A stretch of 64,000 bases of DNA from the human T2T-CHM13v2.0 reference genome, Homo sapiens, in the NCBI RefSeq assembly GCF_009914755.1, contig NC_060934.1; one strand, 5' to 3'. A model generated the notes under the pieces. That model saw only the letters and a list, made by a program, of their open reading frames with translations. It was not told the DNA's origin and made no database searches. Below, piece after piece: positions 1 to 14,804 of the stretch (positions are counted from its first letter, which is position 1; each line of letters starts with the position of its first letter). Position numbers and translations under genes: made by a program.

Positions 1-340
1 AAACAACAGACATTTATTTTCTCATTGTCCAGGGGCTAGAAATCCAAGATCAGGGTGCCATTAGAGTTGGTTTCTAGTGAGGGCTTTCTTCTTGGCTTAT
101 AGATGGCTGTCTCCTCCTTATGTCCTCACATGGCCTTTCCTCTGTGCCCATGAGGAAAGAAAGAAAGATCTGGTGTCCCTCTTCTGAAAAGGACACCAGC
201 CATATTGGATTAGGGGTCCACCTTTATGACCTCATTTAAACTTAATCTCTTCCCTAAAGGTTCTGTCTCTAAATACAGTCATATTGGGGGTTAAGACTTC
301 AACATATGAATTTTGGAGGAACATAATTCAGTCCATAACA
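1..340 (-). mobile_element. MLT1A-like MaLR LTR (partial)
   Basis: Typical MLT1 text: CATTTATTTTCTCA, ATGACCTCATTTAA, TTCAACATATGAATTTTGG, TTCAGTCCATAACA. Confidence 0.75.
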
Positions 341-354
341 GTGTGGAATGACTT

Positions 355-1230
<876 letters not shown>

Positions 1231-1636
1231 CGTTCACCCAGCAAATATTTAAGGAGCACCTACCTGCCACATAATGTGCTGAAACCCACTCTCAGGGAGC
1301 ACAGAGCCTCCTGGGTTGCAGGATGGGACCTCACCTGCCATATGTGCTCCTAGTGCGGGATACTTCTAATCTTCCACTGAAATGTCAAATGAATCAAGAC
1401 ATTCCTGAGGGCTAAACTTTGTGGTCCAGGCTGCCTGTGGGGAAGGAGGTCAGAAGAAAGAAAGCGCTGGCCGGGGTGAGAGCCAGACTGTGCCCATGGC
1501 AACTTTGAAGATGTGGAACTCAATCCTGGCATTCAAAGATGAGCATAGGAGAGAAGCAGGTGCCTTTCTTCCAATGGCTGCAGAACCATGTCTAAACACC
1601 TCCCCATGCACATATGTATTTATAAACAACACTTCA

Positions 1637-1927
1637 GGCTGAGCACCAGCTCATGCCTGTAATCCAGCACTTTGGGAGGGAGAGAAAGGAGGATCGCTTG
1701 GAGCCAGGAGTTCCAAATCAGCCTGGGCAATGTAGTAAGACCCCTGTCTCTATAAAAAATTTAAAAAATAGCTGCACGTAGTGTTGCACACCTGCAATCC
1801 TAGTTACTCAAAAGGCCGAGGCTGGAGGATCACTTGAGCCCAGGAGCTTGAGGCTGCTGAGAGCTACAGTTGCACTACCACGCTCCATCCTGGGTGAGAG
1901 AGCAAGGCCTTATCTCAAAAAAAAAAT
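1637..1927 (+). mobile_element. Alu (J-like)
   Basis: Diverged Alu dimer with J-type GGATCACTTGAGCCCAGGAG. Confidence 0.9.
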
Positions 1928-2428
1928 TTTTTTTTAAAGAACACATGATACTGTTAGAGTACTTTCAAATATAACTACATAAATGTCTCATGAAAGTACA
2001 CATAACAGATGTGCTGGTTCCTTATGTTTTCCATCTGAATAAATACAATGCTCCTTCAGTTTAGACCCAACCAGGAAACCTGTACCATAGCCCTGCCTGA
2101 CTCTACGCTTCCCCTTCCACCCTCAGTCAAGGGCGGCTGGGGAATGTCCTGATGCACAGGCAAGGGGCAGAAGTGCGCAGATGCAGCCCATAGCTAGAAG
2201 GTAGACATGGCAGGACCTGCTGTTGGATTGAGTATGAGGGAAAGGGGAATCCAGGATGACTGCAAGATCTACAGAGGACAAAGGAAATACACATTGAGGG
2301 GGAGTGGAAACAATTAAGATCTAGGCACTAGCTTAGCTACTAAGAGGCTGTTTGATTCTAGGCAAGCATTTCTCTGTCTAGATCTCAGTTCCTCATCCCG
2401 AAAATGAGACTTCTAAAACTCAATAACT

Positions 2429-2734
<306 letters not shown>

Positions 2735-3789
2735 CCTCAATAACCAAACTATATATGTTATAATATTTAATATCCACCAAAATTTATAGAATGAGATGAC
2801 AAACATTTGTATAACCACCACTGAGCGTAAGACACACAGCACACCAATGGAATTGAAGGCCCTCTGTGTACCCATTCCTATGGCACTCCCTCCCTCCTGC
2901 CCCCACCCCAGATAGAATGATACTACCATGCTACTAAATCTGGCATTTATTATCTCAAGTGCCCTCTTAAGGTTTAATAATAATTCTGTTAATTTTATGA
3001 TTTGACAAGACCTCTTAATTTTTTGGCGTAATTGACTTGTAGTTGACAGAAATCTTCCATACCTACCATCTCATCTGATTTTCACCAAAATCCTATGAGG
3101 ATGTGCTAAGCTTGGGAAGATTCTCTCCAGCTTTTCATATGAGCAAAGTGAGGTTCCGAGTGTGATATGTCATAGCACTTATCATCCTGACCAAGTTTCA
3201 TCGCATTTCATGCTTTGTTTTCCATTGCTAGTTATTTTTTCATGTACCTTTGTATCCATCACTAGACTGTAAGTTCTTGAGAGCAGTGATCTCTCTCCTG
3301 AAGCTGTGGCCAGTGTGGTAACGTTACAGGGCTCAGGCTTCAGTAAAAATAAATAAATAAATACCCAGTGATGAGGGGAAAGTAGCCCACGTTACGGAGA
3401 AGCTTCTGAAGCCTGAGATAACACAGATAAGGTATGTAGAAACTGGACCTAAAGAGAGGAATAAGACACAGGATGCCCAACAGAGTATGACGGAGCTCCA
3501 CGGACTGGAACCCATGACACAGCATGCTGGCAAAATTTGGCTGTTATAAGTCACGCCCCTGATGTTTGAAAAGGCAAAACAAGGAAGTTTTCGGAAGAGC
3601 TGTAAGAAAGCAGAAGGGTTATCCGGTTCACTTGTTGCCATAATCCTGGACTTTCTGCAAACACATCATACACCATGACATCATGATGTGTAATGGGATC
3701 ATATCACAAAAAACCAATGTAATGCCATCAAAAGCATGACCCTTTAAGAATATTTCAGAATTCACACATTTAGGACTAGGGAACTTTAA

Positions 3790-4151
<362 letters not shown>

Positions 4152-4709
4152 TCACTCAAAGCTGGAGTGGATCTCTTTTGTTCCATAGACTTCTCTGAGC
4201 CTCCCAATCCATCAGTAGGGAAATGAGAACTTCTTACAAGCCATTGTAAGAACTTCTCCCCTATTTCAGGCATTCCTTATGAAAGCTTTTTTTGTCACAT
4301 GTCTGATATCCTTAAGGAAAAATAAAACGTGTTGGCCTTAATGATTTCAACCTCTTAGACTTAAATGGAACACAGTAATATGCCAGTTAATTTCTGCTTG
4401 TAGGTTCCCAAGTAGGGCTTAAAAATATATTCTAGCTTTCTCAACTATTTTTCATAAAGAAGAATCATCATGACTGTGAAGACCACTGTGATTTGTGGAA
4501 TAAATCCATAAATGTATAACCCAAACAGATCAACTAAATGAAGCTTCCCTCGAGCATGACAGTAAGTCGGCTGGGCTCTAGGAACAAAATGTGTAAGCAC
4601 AACACTCACAGAGTGGATATTCTTTCAAGTGATAGAGACAGGGTTGGGAAGGACTCTAGAGTTAGAGCCTTCCATGGGCAGTGCTGTTTATTGTATACAC
4701 AAATAATAG

Positions 4710-4930
4710 TGACAATCGCTAATATTGACTGTGGAATGCTTTACATGCACCTTGTCATTCACACTTTCTTACAAATAATGGGGCACTATTCCTTTTATTT
4801 CTTCTACTCTTAGAAATAACAGAAGCTCAGAGTGGTTAGTAACTTGCTCTATCACCTAGAGAGCAAATGGGGGAGCCAGGCTTCAAATGTGGGTGTGTCT
4901 GCCTCCTGATCCCCAACTCTTAAGCATTTT
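4710..4930 (-). mobile_element. MIR
   Basis: GAAGCTCAGAGTGGTTAGTAACTTGCTC core. Confidence 0.6.
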
Positions 4931-7039
4931 GCCATTTCATCTTTCACCAAGGCTCTCCTGCTCTCCAGCATGATCTGGGCTCTGAACTGTTTCTCCACTA
5001 GCCATCTGAGGATAGGTTTCCACCAATTCAGCCACCGAGCTGCTGGAGACGGGGGTTATTAGATTACCATCTCAGAGCAAAACAAAATCAGTATAAAATC
5101 TTAGCCTCATTAGCATGGGACTCAGTCTCCTCAGGTAGCCAGTCTTGGCCATTGATTTTTTATTATATGCAGCAGTTACATTTCAGTTTCTCAAGTTACT
5201 CATAGCTACATATGAGTAATAAAATGATAGCAACAACTGGAGTGATGCTAACCATTAGTTTGCCTTGAGTCCAAGGACAAAACAAAGTCTTAAGTGTCCT
5301 ACTCACTCCTTAGCTCCAAAGTAAACAAGTCTTTCTGCTACTAGTACTGGATTAAGCTTCATAACATTGTCCAGGTGAAAGTACTTAGGGCTGGAGGCCT
5401 GTGTAGATGCTTGTAAAGAGGGAGATGCTTTGGCAGATTAAACCCATTCTGTGGGCTTGTTCTATTTTCTGGAAAATCTCAAGTATGACAAAATAGCTCC
5501 AACGAGTTATTGTTCATCAACATCTGTCATAAATGTTAGAAATCTTGGCATCATTTATCTCTATCTCAATCTCATCTCTATCTACATTTATAATTTACTT
5601 ATGTATTTAAAAAGAAATAGAAAAAAACACCCTGGTCTAATGGAAAACATCTCAGCTCTAGTGGTTCCCAACCTTTTGGGGTTTGAGAATCAACAACACA
5701 ATGTTATGAAACCTTTTGGGGTTTGCTATTCAATAACAAAACAAAAAAAGATAAAACAACTATAAATAAATCCTATCTGGCTGATTTAAATTATAGAGCT
5801 CATGCAGCTTGAGCAAACCCTCTTCCCTTAGCCATGGTGTGATTCCTCTTGATTGAGAATCGAGTTTCTAGGCTACTTCTCAGAGAATGAAATTACAAAA
5901 CACAAGATAGCAGATTTTTAAAAAATTGTCACCAGGTATCCCTGCTGGATATCAAGTGACTGGGTCAGAAACTCAGTTGGAAACTCTGCTTAAAGAAGAG
6001 CGGAACAAATCCCCCTTGCCTGGGAGGCCAAACAGAGCATTGTTTTAGTTCCGTAGGAGATAATGACAATGGAATAAAACATTGTCCCGGGTAATGGTCT
6101 CCCGCTGGTAGGGAAATGCGTAGGCAAAAACAAACAAGGGGCTGAACTGCTACCTTCTTTTTAAAGCAAAAACTGTTGATCCTGGAACTGAGTACCTCCT
6201 AGCAGCTTCCATTTGGTTATATTAAGTCTTACATTTGGAGGTGCTCTGGGCTGGGGTGTCGCTGGGTAAATAGGGGGCAGGGTACAGATGTTAAGAGAGC
6301 CGCTAGCTCTACTGCTTCTGAACTGCTGGCTTCAGAGATAGGCTTAGGGGACCATTTTGAATTTCATCAGCCACTGGACAAAACAGGCTTTCCATAAAAA
6401 CACAATCACCACTTCATGCTTTGCTGCCAGCTGAGATCTCCCTGCTGCCATATTCCACCCTCATGCCACCCATTTTATGACTGCCGATTAGACTGATATA
6501 TATTGTATTGGTAAAGTTCTGCATTTCTTGAAAAGAAAACCTTTATAAAATAAAGAAGAATGAAGCCAATAATCCATTCATTTGACACAGAAAGTCAGCA
6601 CTTTCCGATCTTTCTCCTTTTTTCCCTTGCAAAATAATATAATATGTAGAGACTGTCTAATGTGTCTCTCAAAACAAGATTTAAATCAGAGATCAAAAGT
6701 GGGTAGTGATTTAAAATTCTAAATTTTGGAAAAATAGCAACTATCCTTTCATTTTTGAAACAAAAATAAATGAAAATTCAGGGCCAAAGTCGTCCTTCTG
6801 CCAACTGGAGCTTCTGTAGAACACACAGCTCAGACTCTACCACACAGATGGAAAATAGTCCGAATGCATGCTGGCAGTATTCTTTCATTCCACGAACTTC
6901 TACAGTTTCCTTTAAAGCAGCATGGCATTCAAAAGTTGAGGTCCAATTCATCTTTGCTGTTAATGAGGCATTTTACAAGTGTATTTTTTTTTCTTGGGAA
7001 AAAATTTTGAATTGGGTAAAACAAATGGCAAGTGGATAT

Positions 7040-7078
7040 TTAAAAACAAAAACAAAAACAAAAACAAAAACAAAAAAC
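7040..7078. repeat. (AAAAAC)n microsatellite
   Basis: About six hexamer units seen directly. Confidence 0.85.
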
Positions 7079-9279
7079 ACCTCCTTACTTGGACTGGTGA
7101 TTGACTTGCTTAGAATTCTCTGGGCCAGCATTTCATTTCCTGATGGCTGCCATTTCCCCTCCCATTCCAAGTTCTCTCTACTTGGGGCTGACACAGGACG
7201 TGGAAATACTAATATGGCTGCTGGGACTCCTTTCGTGTATTTCAGCAAGAGAATTATTTCGTATCAGTGCTCAGTGTCTCTCCAACTTTTCCATTTCCTC
7301 TAAGGTCAGGTTTCCCTACAAAGAAGAACGCCATATCGATTGTTAGTAACAGGAACTAAGCATTTGGGGGCCAGACACACAACTTTTCTGTTTCATGGTG
7401 TCACTGGCAGAAGAGGATACTGGCCTGAATACACATTGGAAAGAGGCAATTTATATTTTTATTACAGTCATTAATCTGATATTTCTAATTTAAAAACATT
7501 CATTTGGAAAAAACTCAATGATGAGACAAAACAGTGTTTTTGCCCTGTTACCTGTATGTAATTATCTCAGTTTTCTCCCTCACCTTTGTGGCTTGATGAG
7601 GATTCCCTGGTTAAACGCAACTCCAGTACGTAATAAAGGGCATCAGTTACTTTTGAAGGTGCTTTGGCAATGTGGTCACTAATGTAAGTAACCATCACAG
7701 AAACCTCAAGTCGAGAGAATAAATGGGAGAATAATAAGCAGAGAGAACTAGCATAGGGAAAAAGTTAAGGGGGGGAGGTAAAAATTTGGTGGAAACAGAA
7801 AAACTCTTTAATGTGGATGCTAAGGAACAAGATCAAAGTATAAGAATTTGGATTAGGCAGGATCAGTTCAAGTTGTTAATAAAAATATGTGGGAAGAAAC
7901 GAAAGCAAACAGTTCTCGGATCAGTCTCCAGGTATTCAGGGCTGGCCAAACACAACGAGAAGTGGAAAAGGGGTGATAATTAGTAACAAATATGAAGGTG
8001 TGTAGACACTTTGGGCAATTCCGATCTTAACGCCTCCTCTTCCTCAATATCACAGTGCTTCATGCAAAACAAGGGACTGCTTAGAATTCTGTCTTCAGCC
8101 TTCATGAATCTGGTCAGGAGTTTCTGCATCTTCCTTACCTTGTCAGCATGCTCAAAATATTTAATGGGATGACCACTCACTCAGTAGGCATGGGATGCCT
8201 AAGCCTGTATCATTTCAGCCTTTGCCCTAAAGCAGAGTTCTTCAGTAATGCAAAATTTCCTATATGAGAACTTCTGCTTCAACAACAGTAAGGTCCCAGG
8301 CACACAAGGAAATGCCCAATGCAAAGAATCTGGCAGGAAAATGAATGGTTGTGAAGATTGGGCTCCAACTCCTTTTAAAAAAGAGTTCCAGGAACATGTT
8401 TACTGTGTAATTTTGCCATGAGAAAGTTCATGGGAACCATTTTCAAGTCTCAGGAAAGTCTATTTGGTAAGGTAGGAAGTTTGCAAGTTCAGAGACTATT
8501 TTTTTTTAAAGAAACAAATTTCAATCACTTTAATAAACACTTTAAAAGCAATTTATGATAACTGTAGCCTTCCAATGACTAGGGCTACACTGAACTTTCC
8601 AAGCCGAAACATTCATCCTTGTATTCAGGAAAAGTCCTCTCAACAATTTGGAAAAATATTAAAAATATGAAAGCAATTGAAAAATCACTTTCACCTGTGC
8701 AATATCCTTCTTTCATGAATGTCTCCAATTACATAGCTAGGGTTACAGATTTTCACAAACACAGTTTCATTTTTGATAGTTATGTAGCTGTAATTTCAGG
8801 CCATTTCACTCTATTGAAAGGTACGGGGGCTGCCTTTGCCCTCTCTTCCTCCTGTCGCTTAAACCATCCAAGAAAACATCAAGAAATTAAATAAGAAGGG
8901 AAAACAAGAGGTAGAGATCGTATTCAAAAGACTGGAGTCCACCACATGAGAAGAATCAAGTTTGTAACCGCTGGGGTTACCTCCCTGCTCTGTCTTCCAT
9001 CTGGGCAATGGGCTAACATCCCCGGGCTGGGGGTGTCTGAGGAGGATGAAGACATCCTCAGCGCTGCAGAGGTGCTAAGAAAACAGCCAGCTGTCTCCTG
9101 ACTTAGAATTTTTGAAAGCTTTCGGGCCTCTCTGAGAAAGCCGTTCCAAATCCACCCCGTATCAATTTGCCTTCTAGAAGCGGCAGGATAAGCACACGGG
9201 TTTGGGCAGTGCTCACATTTTGGGTTTATTGGCTTGATGGGGTTGTTTGGGGCGCTCTCAGTTACAAACTGCAGAAGAG

Positions 9280-10530
9280 TGGGGGCGGGGGACAGGATGG
9301 GGAGGAAAGGGTGGGCGAAGGAGCCGAGAGTAAGACAAGCCGAAGGGTGGAAACTGCGGGAGGGAGAGGAAACGCCGAAGGCGATGTAGAGTCCTGCGAG
9401 GGACCGGGAGAGGTAGGGAGGGATCCGAGCCGCAGTCCTGAGGGAGAGCGACCGCGCGCCCCGCAGCCGAGCTGGGTCCCTTCGCCCCGCCCGGAATCCC
9501 GGCCCCCGCCCGCCCCACGCAAGTCCCCGTGCCCCCTCCGGGAGGTGGGAGTCGCCGGGACTCTGCGCTCCGCCAGCCTCCGTCTGCTGGCCGGGTCCGG
9601 GATCCGCACCCGGAGAGGCTGAACCGAGGCTGAACCGAGGCGGACGCAGCCCCGGGTCGGTGGCTCGCCTGGCCGGGTGGGGTGGGAGCGATTTTCTGGC
9701 GGTGGCGTTTGCAGGAGGGGAGGAGACAGCGCCACCCAGGGCCTCCCCGAGCACTGCCGGCCAGGCCGGGCTCGGGGGCCGGAGTGAGGGTGCAGGTGGG
9801 GCTCCGGGTTCTGCTTCTTGAAGGCGGCGGCGGGGCGAGAAATGCAACCGCGTGGGCCCCGCCTGCTCCCCCCGGTCCTGTCTTTCCTCGACGCTCGGGA
9901 GGCGTCCCGCAGCCCCCTAGTCGCGATGCTCTCAGGTCCCCGGCGTGGACCAGCACGTGGGCCCGGGAGTCGAGTGGGGACGAAGGCATGTTGGCCGCCT
10001 CAACTTCCTGCGCCGACGGCTGGGGACGCGGAGAACCCTCTCCGAGCTGGGGTCCCCGCCTGCTGGGCAACCTCACCTCAACGTCTGGCCTGGCCTGGGG
10101 CCGCTTGGACTCGGCAGCGGCTGCACTCCTACAGAGCCCAGACGCGCCTTCTCGCTTTTTCCTTTCTGGGCCGGGGCCCTAAACTCCCGGAACTCGCCGC
10201 AAGAGGAGCGTTGAAAACAAAAGGGACAGCCCAAGCTGTCCCGCCCGCTGCGCCCGAGGAGCATCCCCTTGGCGCTGCAGGCTGTCGCCTCCCCCAGCAC
10301 CTGGCGGGGCGGGTGCCAGGCTGGGCCTCTAGACGGTTTCACCGCTGCTTATCATTTCTCCTTCATTTTGCAGGGGCAGGGGAGCTGCCCCTCCCTTCGG
10401 AGAAAGGCCGCGCCTGCACCCAAAGGTAACCCTCGGGTGACCCCGGGAGCGGGGCTGTCTGGCCTTGGTGCGAGACCCCGGGCGGGGGGTCAGAGGTTTC
10501 TGTTGCATCAGAGAAACACGGCAGCGTCAA
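9280..10530. promoter_or_regulatory. CpG island
   Basis: Very high GC and CpG density, GC boxes, G-tracts at 9280-9316. Confidence 0.85.
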
Positions 10531-13276
10531 AAAGAAAAAGCTTCCAGTGGGTCTGGGCCTAAAGCTATTTTTATTTAAGTCTCAAATTGTCTAGTTTGCC
10601 ATTTTGCTTCTATTTTTTAAAAAATTATTTCTCAGTGGCATGGGGGAGGGGAGATCAAAGGTGACGGATGGGTATCTCTATGTTGGTGTCAAGTATGCCT
10701 TCATGTCTGTCGTTTCTTCAGCAGTTGTCCCAGTACCGTCCACATAAAGTATCTTCTTCCAAGGACCCGTTGCAATAAAACGGGATATTTCTATTTGGAC
10801 CGTTCTATGTCAAAGAAGGTTGGCAGCAGCGCCAGGCTTACCCATGATTAAAGGGGGACATTTCCTACAATAAGGTAGAGTCAATGCAGAACCCACAAGC
10901 TCATTGATTTCCATCCCTGTGTCGTCAGCTTGTTCACTTTCTCCTAAGATTATGACAATAGTAGTAATAATAATAACCAGGACACAAATAACTCTTGAGA
11001 GGTCACTTGTAACTACCTCTTCTTGGAGGTGAGAAACACACACATGCATACACACATACACCCCTGTGGACTTATGGTTTATTTTTGTCAGAGGAACTTA
11101 GAATTGCCTGAGGTGGTGTGTGTGTGTGTGTGTGTTTTTTTTTTTAATGATTTATTTACAGACTTGCTAATGCCTCCGCAGAAATCCTGTTTATCAGCCC
11201 AATAGTTGTGACAGGGTTAGAAAACCAGTTTAAACTGTTAATCGGCCAGAAAAAGGGCCCTAGATTGATGCCTTTCACTTACCTTTGAAAGGCTATAAAA
11301 GCAACGCCATACATTGGGATGAAATTAGACAGCGACAAAATCATTACCTTGACTTCCCACAATAAAGACAACCTTAAAAGGGGGCTATTGATGGTTTCAA
11401 ATTACATAACGGTGGTTTATATGTTCTTCCTCTGCGCTCACAGAAAGCAATTTTAAAGTGTGAATTCTTCAAAGAACGGGCAAAGCATTCACACACAGAC
11501 ATGCGTTTTTATTTTATGTATTGCAAAGCGCTATGAGAGAGAGAGAGAGAAACCAAAAACAAAAATCCCAGCAAAAGGAGGCCGAGTCCAAAGAGAATAT
11601 GTCCGGTTTCTATTTCACCAAGCTCCTGGACTCACATTTGGCCCCGGAGCCGAGTGCTCGGTCTCTTTCCCCGGGACGGGACAGGGAGTGGAGTTCCTAG
11701 CCCCTTGGGTGGGAAAAGCCCCGCGCACGTCACCGGGTCCCGTCTGCTCACTGCTTCTGCATATTTTAAGCCTGGACACAGCCTCCTTTAGGATAGAAAG
11801 GCATTTCCCAAACAACACCGATTCTGGGGGTGTAGTGGGCCTGGCGCTGGGTCCTGGAGAGAAGGTTCAGCCCCCCTTCTCATCCCTGTACTTTGGGGAT
11901 GGCTCGTACTTGGACAGGGGTGGGCCTCCGCCTTCTCCGCCTTCTATCGGACCTTTCTTCGGATGGATTTCTACGTAAACTCGGAAGGCGATCAAATGCA
12001 GGCGGCCAACCTCCAGCGCTTTTTTTTTTCCTCTCAAAGGCGGCGCCTGCATTTTTGGGGGCTCCAGCCCAGGCTGAGAAAGTCCCCTCAAACCTCTACT
12101 CTGAGGTTGCTCACACGGCCTGCAAAAACCCGACGGGGCACCCCGCCACCCCACCTTACGTTTCCCTAGGGCCAAGTCAGTGGTCAAAAACCAACCCGGT
12201 GGTAGCTGCCTTTACCAAGGAAAGACAGCCAGGACGCCCGCACCGACGGCAACGCGCGGACAGAGAGGACCGTGCCCTCTTTCGCATGTTACGGGGCGAG
12301 GGGGCTGTTGGCGTCAGGAGCGCCCTGGGAGGAACTTCGCAGCGGATTCGAGAGACAGAGGGAATTCAGCAAACTTGCTGCCCCGGGCTGCCGGCTGGAG
12401 CCCGGCAGATTCGCTGCGCAGCACTGCCCCCTGGTATCCAGCGCCGAAAGTGCCCCCCTCCGCAGCTGCAAGGCTCCTCCCTGGGCTGCGCGGGACAGAT
12501 TTTTTCTCCTTTCCTGGCTACACGCCTAACAGAGAAGCTATCCCGAGGGACCTCAAGAAGTCCCCCCAAGCCGTACTCAAAAGCCTTTCTCCCTCCTCCT
12601 CAAGCGCTCACTTCCCCAAAGAGGACCCGGACCCCTGACTGCCTGAGCCAGGTCCCCAGCATGGTCCGCAACCCTTCTCGACTCCGGCATCCACCTCCAG
12701 GCTGACGTCTACCCGGGAGGGGGCTGGGGACCCAAGGAGACTTCGACTACAGGCCCAGGCGAACGGAAGGAAGAGGCTTGCGTTCAGAGAGACACGTTTG
12801 GAGCTGGGACTGTTCATTCTTTAAGGAACACCAGCTTCCAGGGCATCTTTCGTTGGCACCTTGGCTTTCCAGAGAAGAAAGGAAGTGGGTATCAGGGCCA
12901 GCCCCTCCTCGCACCCCAGGCTGGAGAGGTGCCGAGGTGCTTAGTCACTCAGTCCAAGGGCACCTGAGAGATGGGGGCAAACTTGGCAGGAGCTTGAGCA
13001 CGGAGGCGTGATCCGCGGGGGCGCAGGCAGGGCGGGGCCCAGAGCCCCCTTCCGCCAGCCCAGCCTGCCCCTTCCAACCCAACTTGTCTGGCACTGGCTT
13101 CTACGGGTGCCGAGAAGACTGCTGTCGTGGGCACAGGGTCCTCGACCCCAGGACGTGCGTGGCCTTTCCCACCCCAACCGGATGGTTTGTCCCAGGCTTT
13201 GAGACTGAGCTTGATAGAGAGGTAGGAAGGAAGCGGCGCCAGCTCCGGAGCCAGAGTGGGTTGGAGTCCCAGCTTG

Positions 13277-13950
13277 GCCACCCTCTAGCTGTGTGACCTT
13301 GAGTGAGTTACTTCGCCTCTCTGAGCACCAGTTTCTTTGTTTTTTTTTTTTTTCAGGAATGGTGTGAGGATTGAGGTAATGTCCTTAGGATGCCCACATG
13401 TGTTCAGTCAAGGTCGGTCGTGATGGTTGCCGGCGTCCGCTGCAGGAAAGGCCCCCAGGAATCAGCTTGTAGGGTGGGCGCCAGCCGGTACTGCACAGGG
13501 GCATCGCGGCCTCCGGTTTTAGAAGGGGCAGAAACAGCGCAGTGTCCTCAGCCCTGAGGGCTGAGTGTTGGAGGTCCCGACGCTCCTGGGTTCTCTTCTG
13601 CCCGGGTGCAGACTACAGCAGGTGCGCAGGGCTTCGCACACCTCTGCTGTGGGAAGTGAGTCATCTTCGCTTATGATTGCATCTGGCCAGGCCAGCTACG
13701 AGAACACTGGGCCTCACAGCTGCCACGTATCCAGCCTTAACCTGTGCCAGGCACTGTGCTAAGAGCTATGCACCCACAATCCCACTTCTTCACAACAGCC
13801 TCGACCGAAGTAGATGTTTAAGTTTTTAAATTTCCATTTTACAGAGCAGGAAACAGACTCAGAGAGGTTAACTTCCCCCAAGATCACACAGCTGGTAAGT
13901 TGGAGAGCGGGGACTTGAACTGAATCTTCCTTGGAGGCCAAGCTCTGAAC
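13277..13950. mobile_element. Two MIR fragments in opposite orientation (~13277-13400 and ~13735-13950)
   Basis: GCTGTGTGACCTTGAGTGAGTTACTT and CAGACTCAGAGAGGTTAACTTCCCCCAAGATCACACAGC cores. Confidence 0.7.
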
Positions 13951-14151
13951 CACTAAGTTGGGTGGCATTAGAGAGCCAAGCTCTCGCCCTTCGGTTTCCA
14001 TTCACGCTACCCTCTCTGAGCCGCAATTCTCTCTCCTGCGTTGGCACTGGCAGAAGTTGAGACACGCTCCCAGGAATCGCGGGCCGTGGCGCGTACTTCC
14101 ACGCACCCCAGCTAGTTCCAGAGACTCAGCTTGTTCTGAGATCCTCTTGTC

Positions 14152-14248
14152 GAGCCCCCTTGGTCCCGGCGCCCGGCCTGTGTGGTGCTCAGATCAGACT
14201 TATCCACCCGAGCACCACGCAGACCAGCGCCTGGACCAAGGTCCCGGG
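14152..14248 (-). ncRNA. MIR3663: microRNA precursor hairpin mir-3663
   Basis: Near-perfect inverted repeat with ~38-nt arms. The minus strand contains GCUGGUCUGCGUGGUGCUCGG (14208-14228) and UGAGCACCACACAGGCCGGGCGC (14169-14191), which I recognise as miR-3663-5p and -3p. Most arm mismatches are G-U wobbles on the minus strand only. Confidence 0.9.
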
Positions 14249-14790
14249 AAGGAAGCCCTCCTCCCCTTCTCCTGTGGCTTAGCTCAGCGATCAGGGAGGA
14301 GCCAGTTAAGAAGTCACAGTCGAAGCCATGACTGCTGTGTCCCGGGGAGGCAGTGGAAGGCGAGGAGCACGGAGCGGGGATACCGCCGGACAACCCCTCC
14401 CCGCCGCCCCGTCGGCGTCCTCGCTGCGCAGGGGCTCCCTTGCTGCCCCAATCTAAAAGGAAGCCGTCGCGGCCCAGGGCACGGTAACTAAAAGGCCGTC
14501 GGGGAGGGAGACGGGAATGAGTGGGCTTGGACTTGAGGTTTCCGAGCCAGCTGCTCCCTAGAGCCGTTCCTGAGCTCGTCAGCCAGCACGTATTTAATGA
14601 ATGGCCACTGGGTGCTAGGCCTTGCACGCAACCCTTTCGTCCTCCCCCGGGGCTGAGCCGAGGGTGACCCAACACTAGTCGGAACGAGCCTGGAGACATG
14701 GCGCCGGGGCTGCGCTCTGCAGGCCTGGCCTGGTCGCTCTCCACGCACCCCTCTCTCTGTAGCTGCCGCCCCGCCCGGCTCTGCCTGTGG

Positions 14791-14804
14791 GCGCCCCCTG
14801 GCGG
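14791..14804 (-). promoter_or_regulatory. CTCF motif
   Basis: Minus strand CCGCCAGGGGGCGC, a near-optimal CTCF core. Confidence 0.7.

Noticed and set aside
6770-7303. 177-aa ORF with a KTKTKT run
   Set aside because: The run is an (AAAAAC)n microsatellite and nothing is recognisable; not supported without conservation or ribosome data.
8924-10562. Overlapping long ORFs (307, 272, 203, 166 aa) on both strands
   Set aside because: Pro/Gly/Arg/Ala-rich translations of a CpG island where stop codons are rare; open in several frames at once with no recognisable domain.
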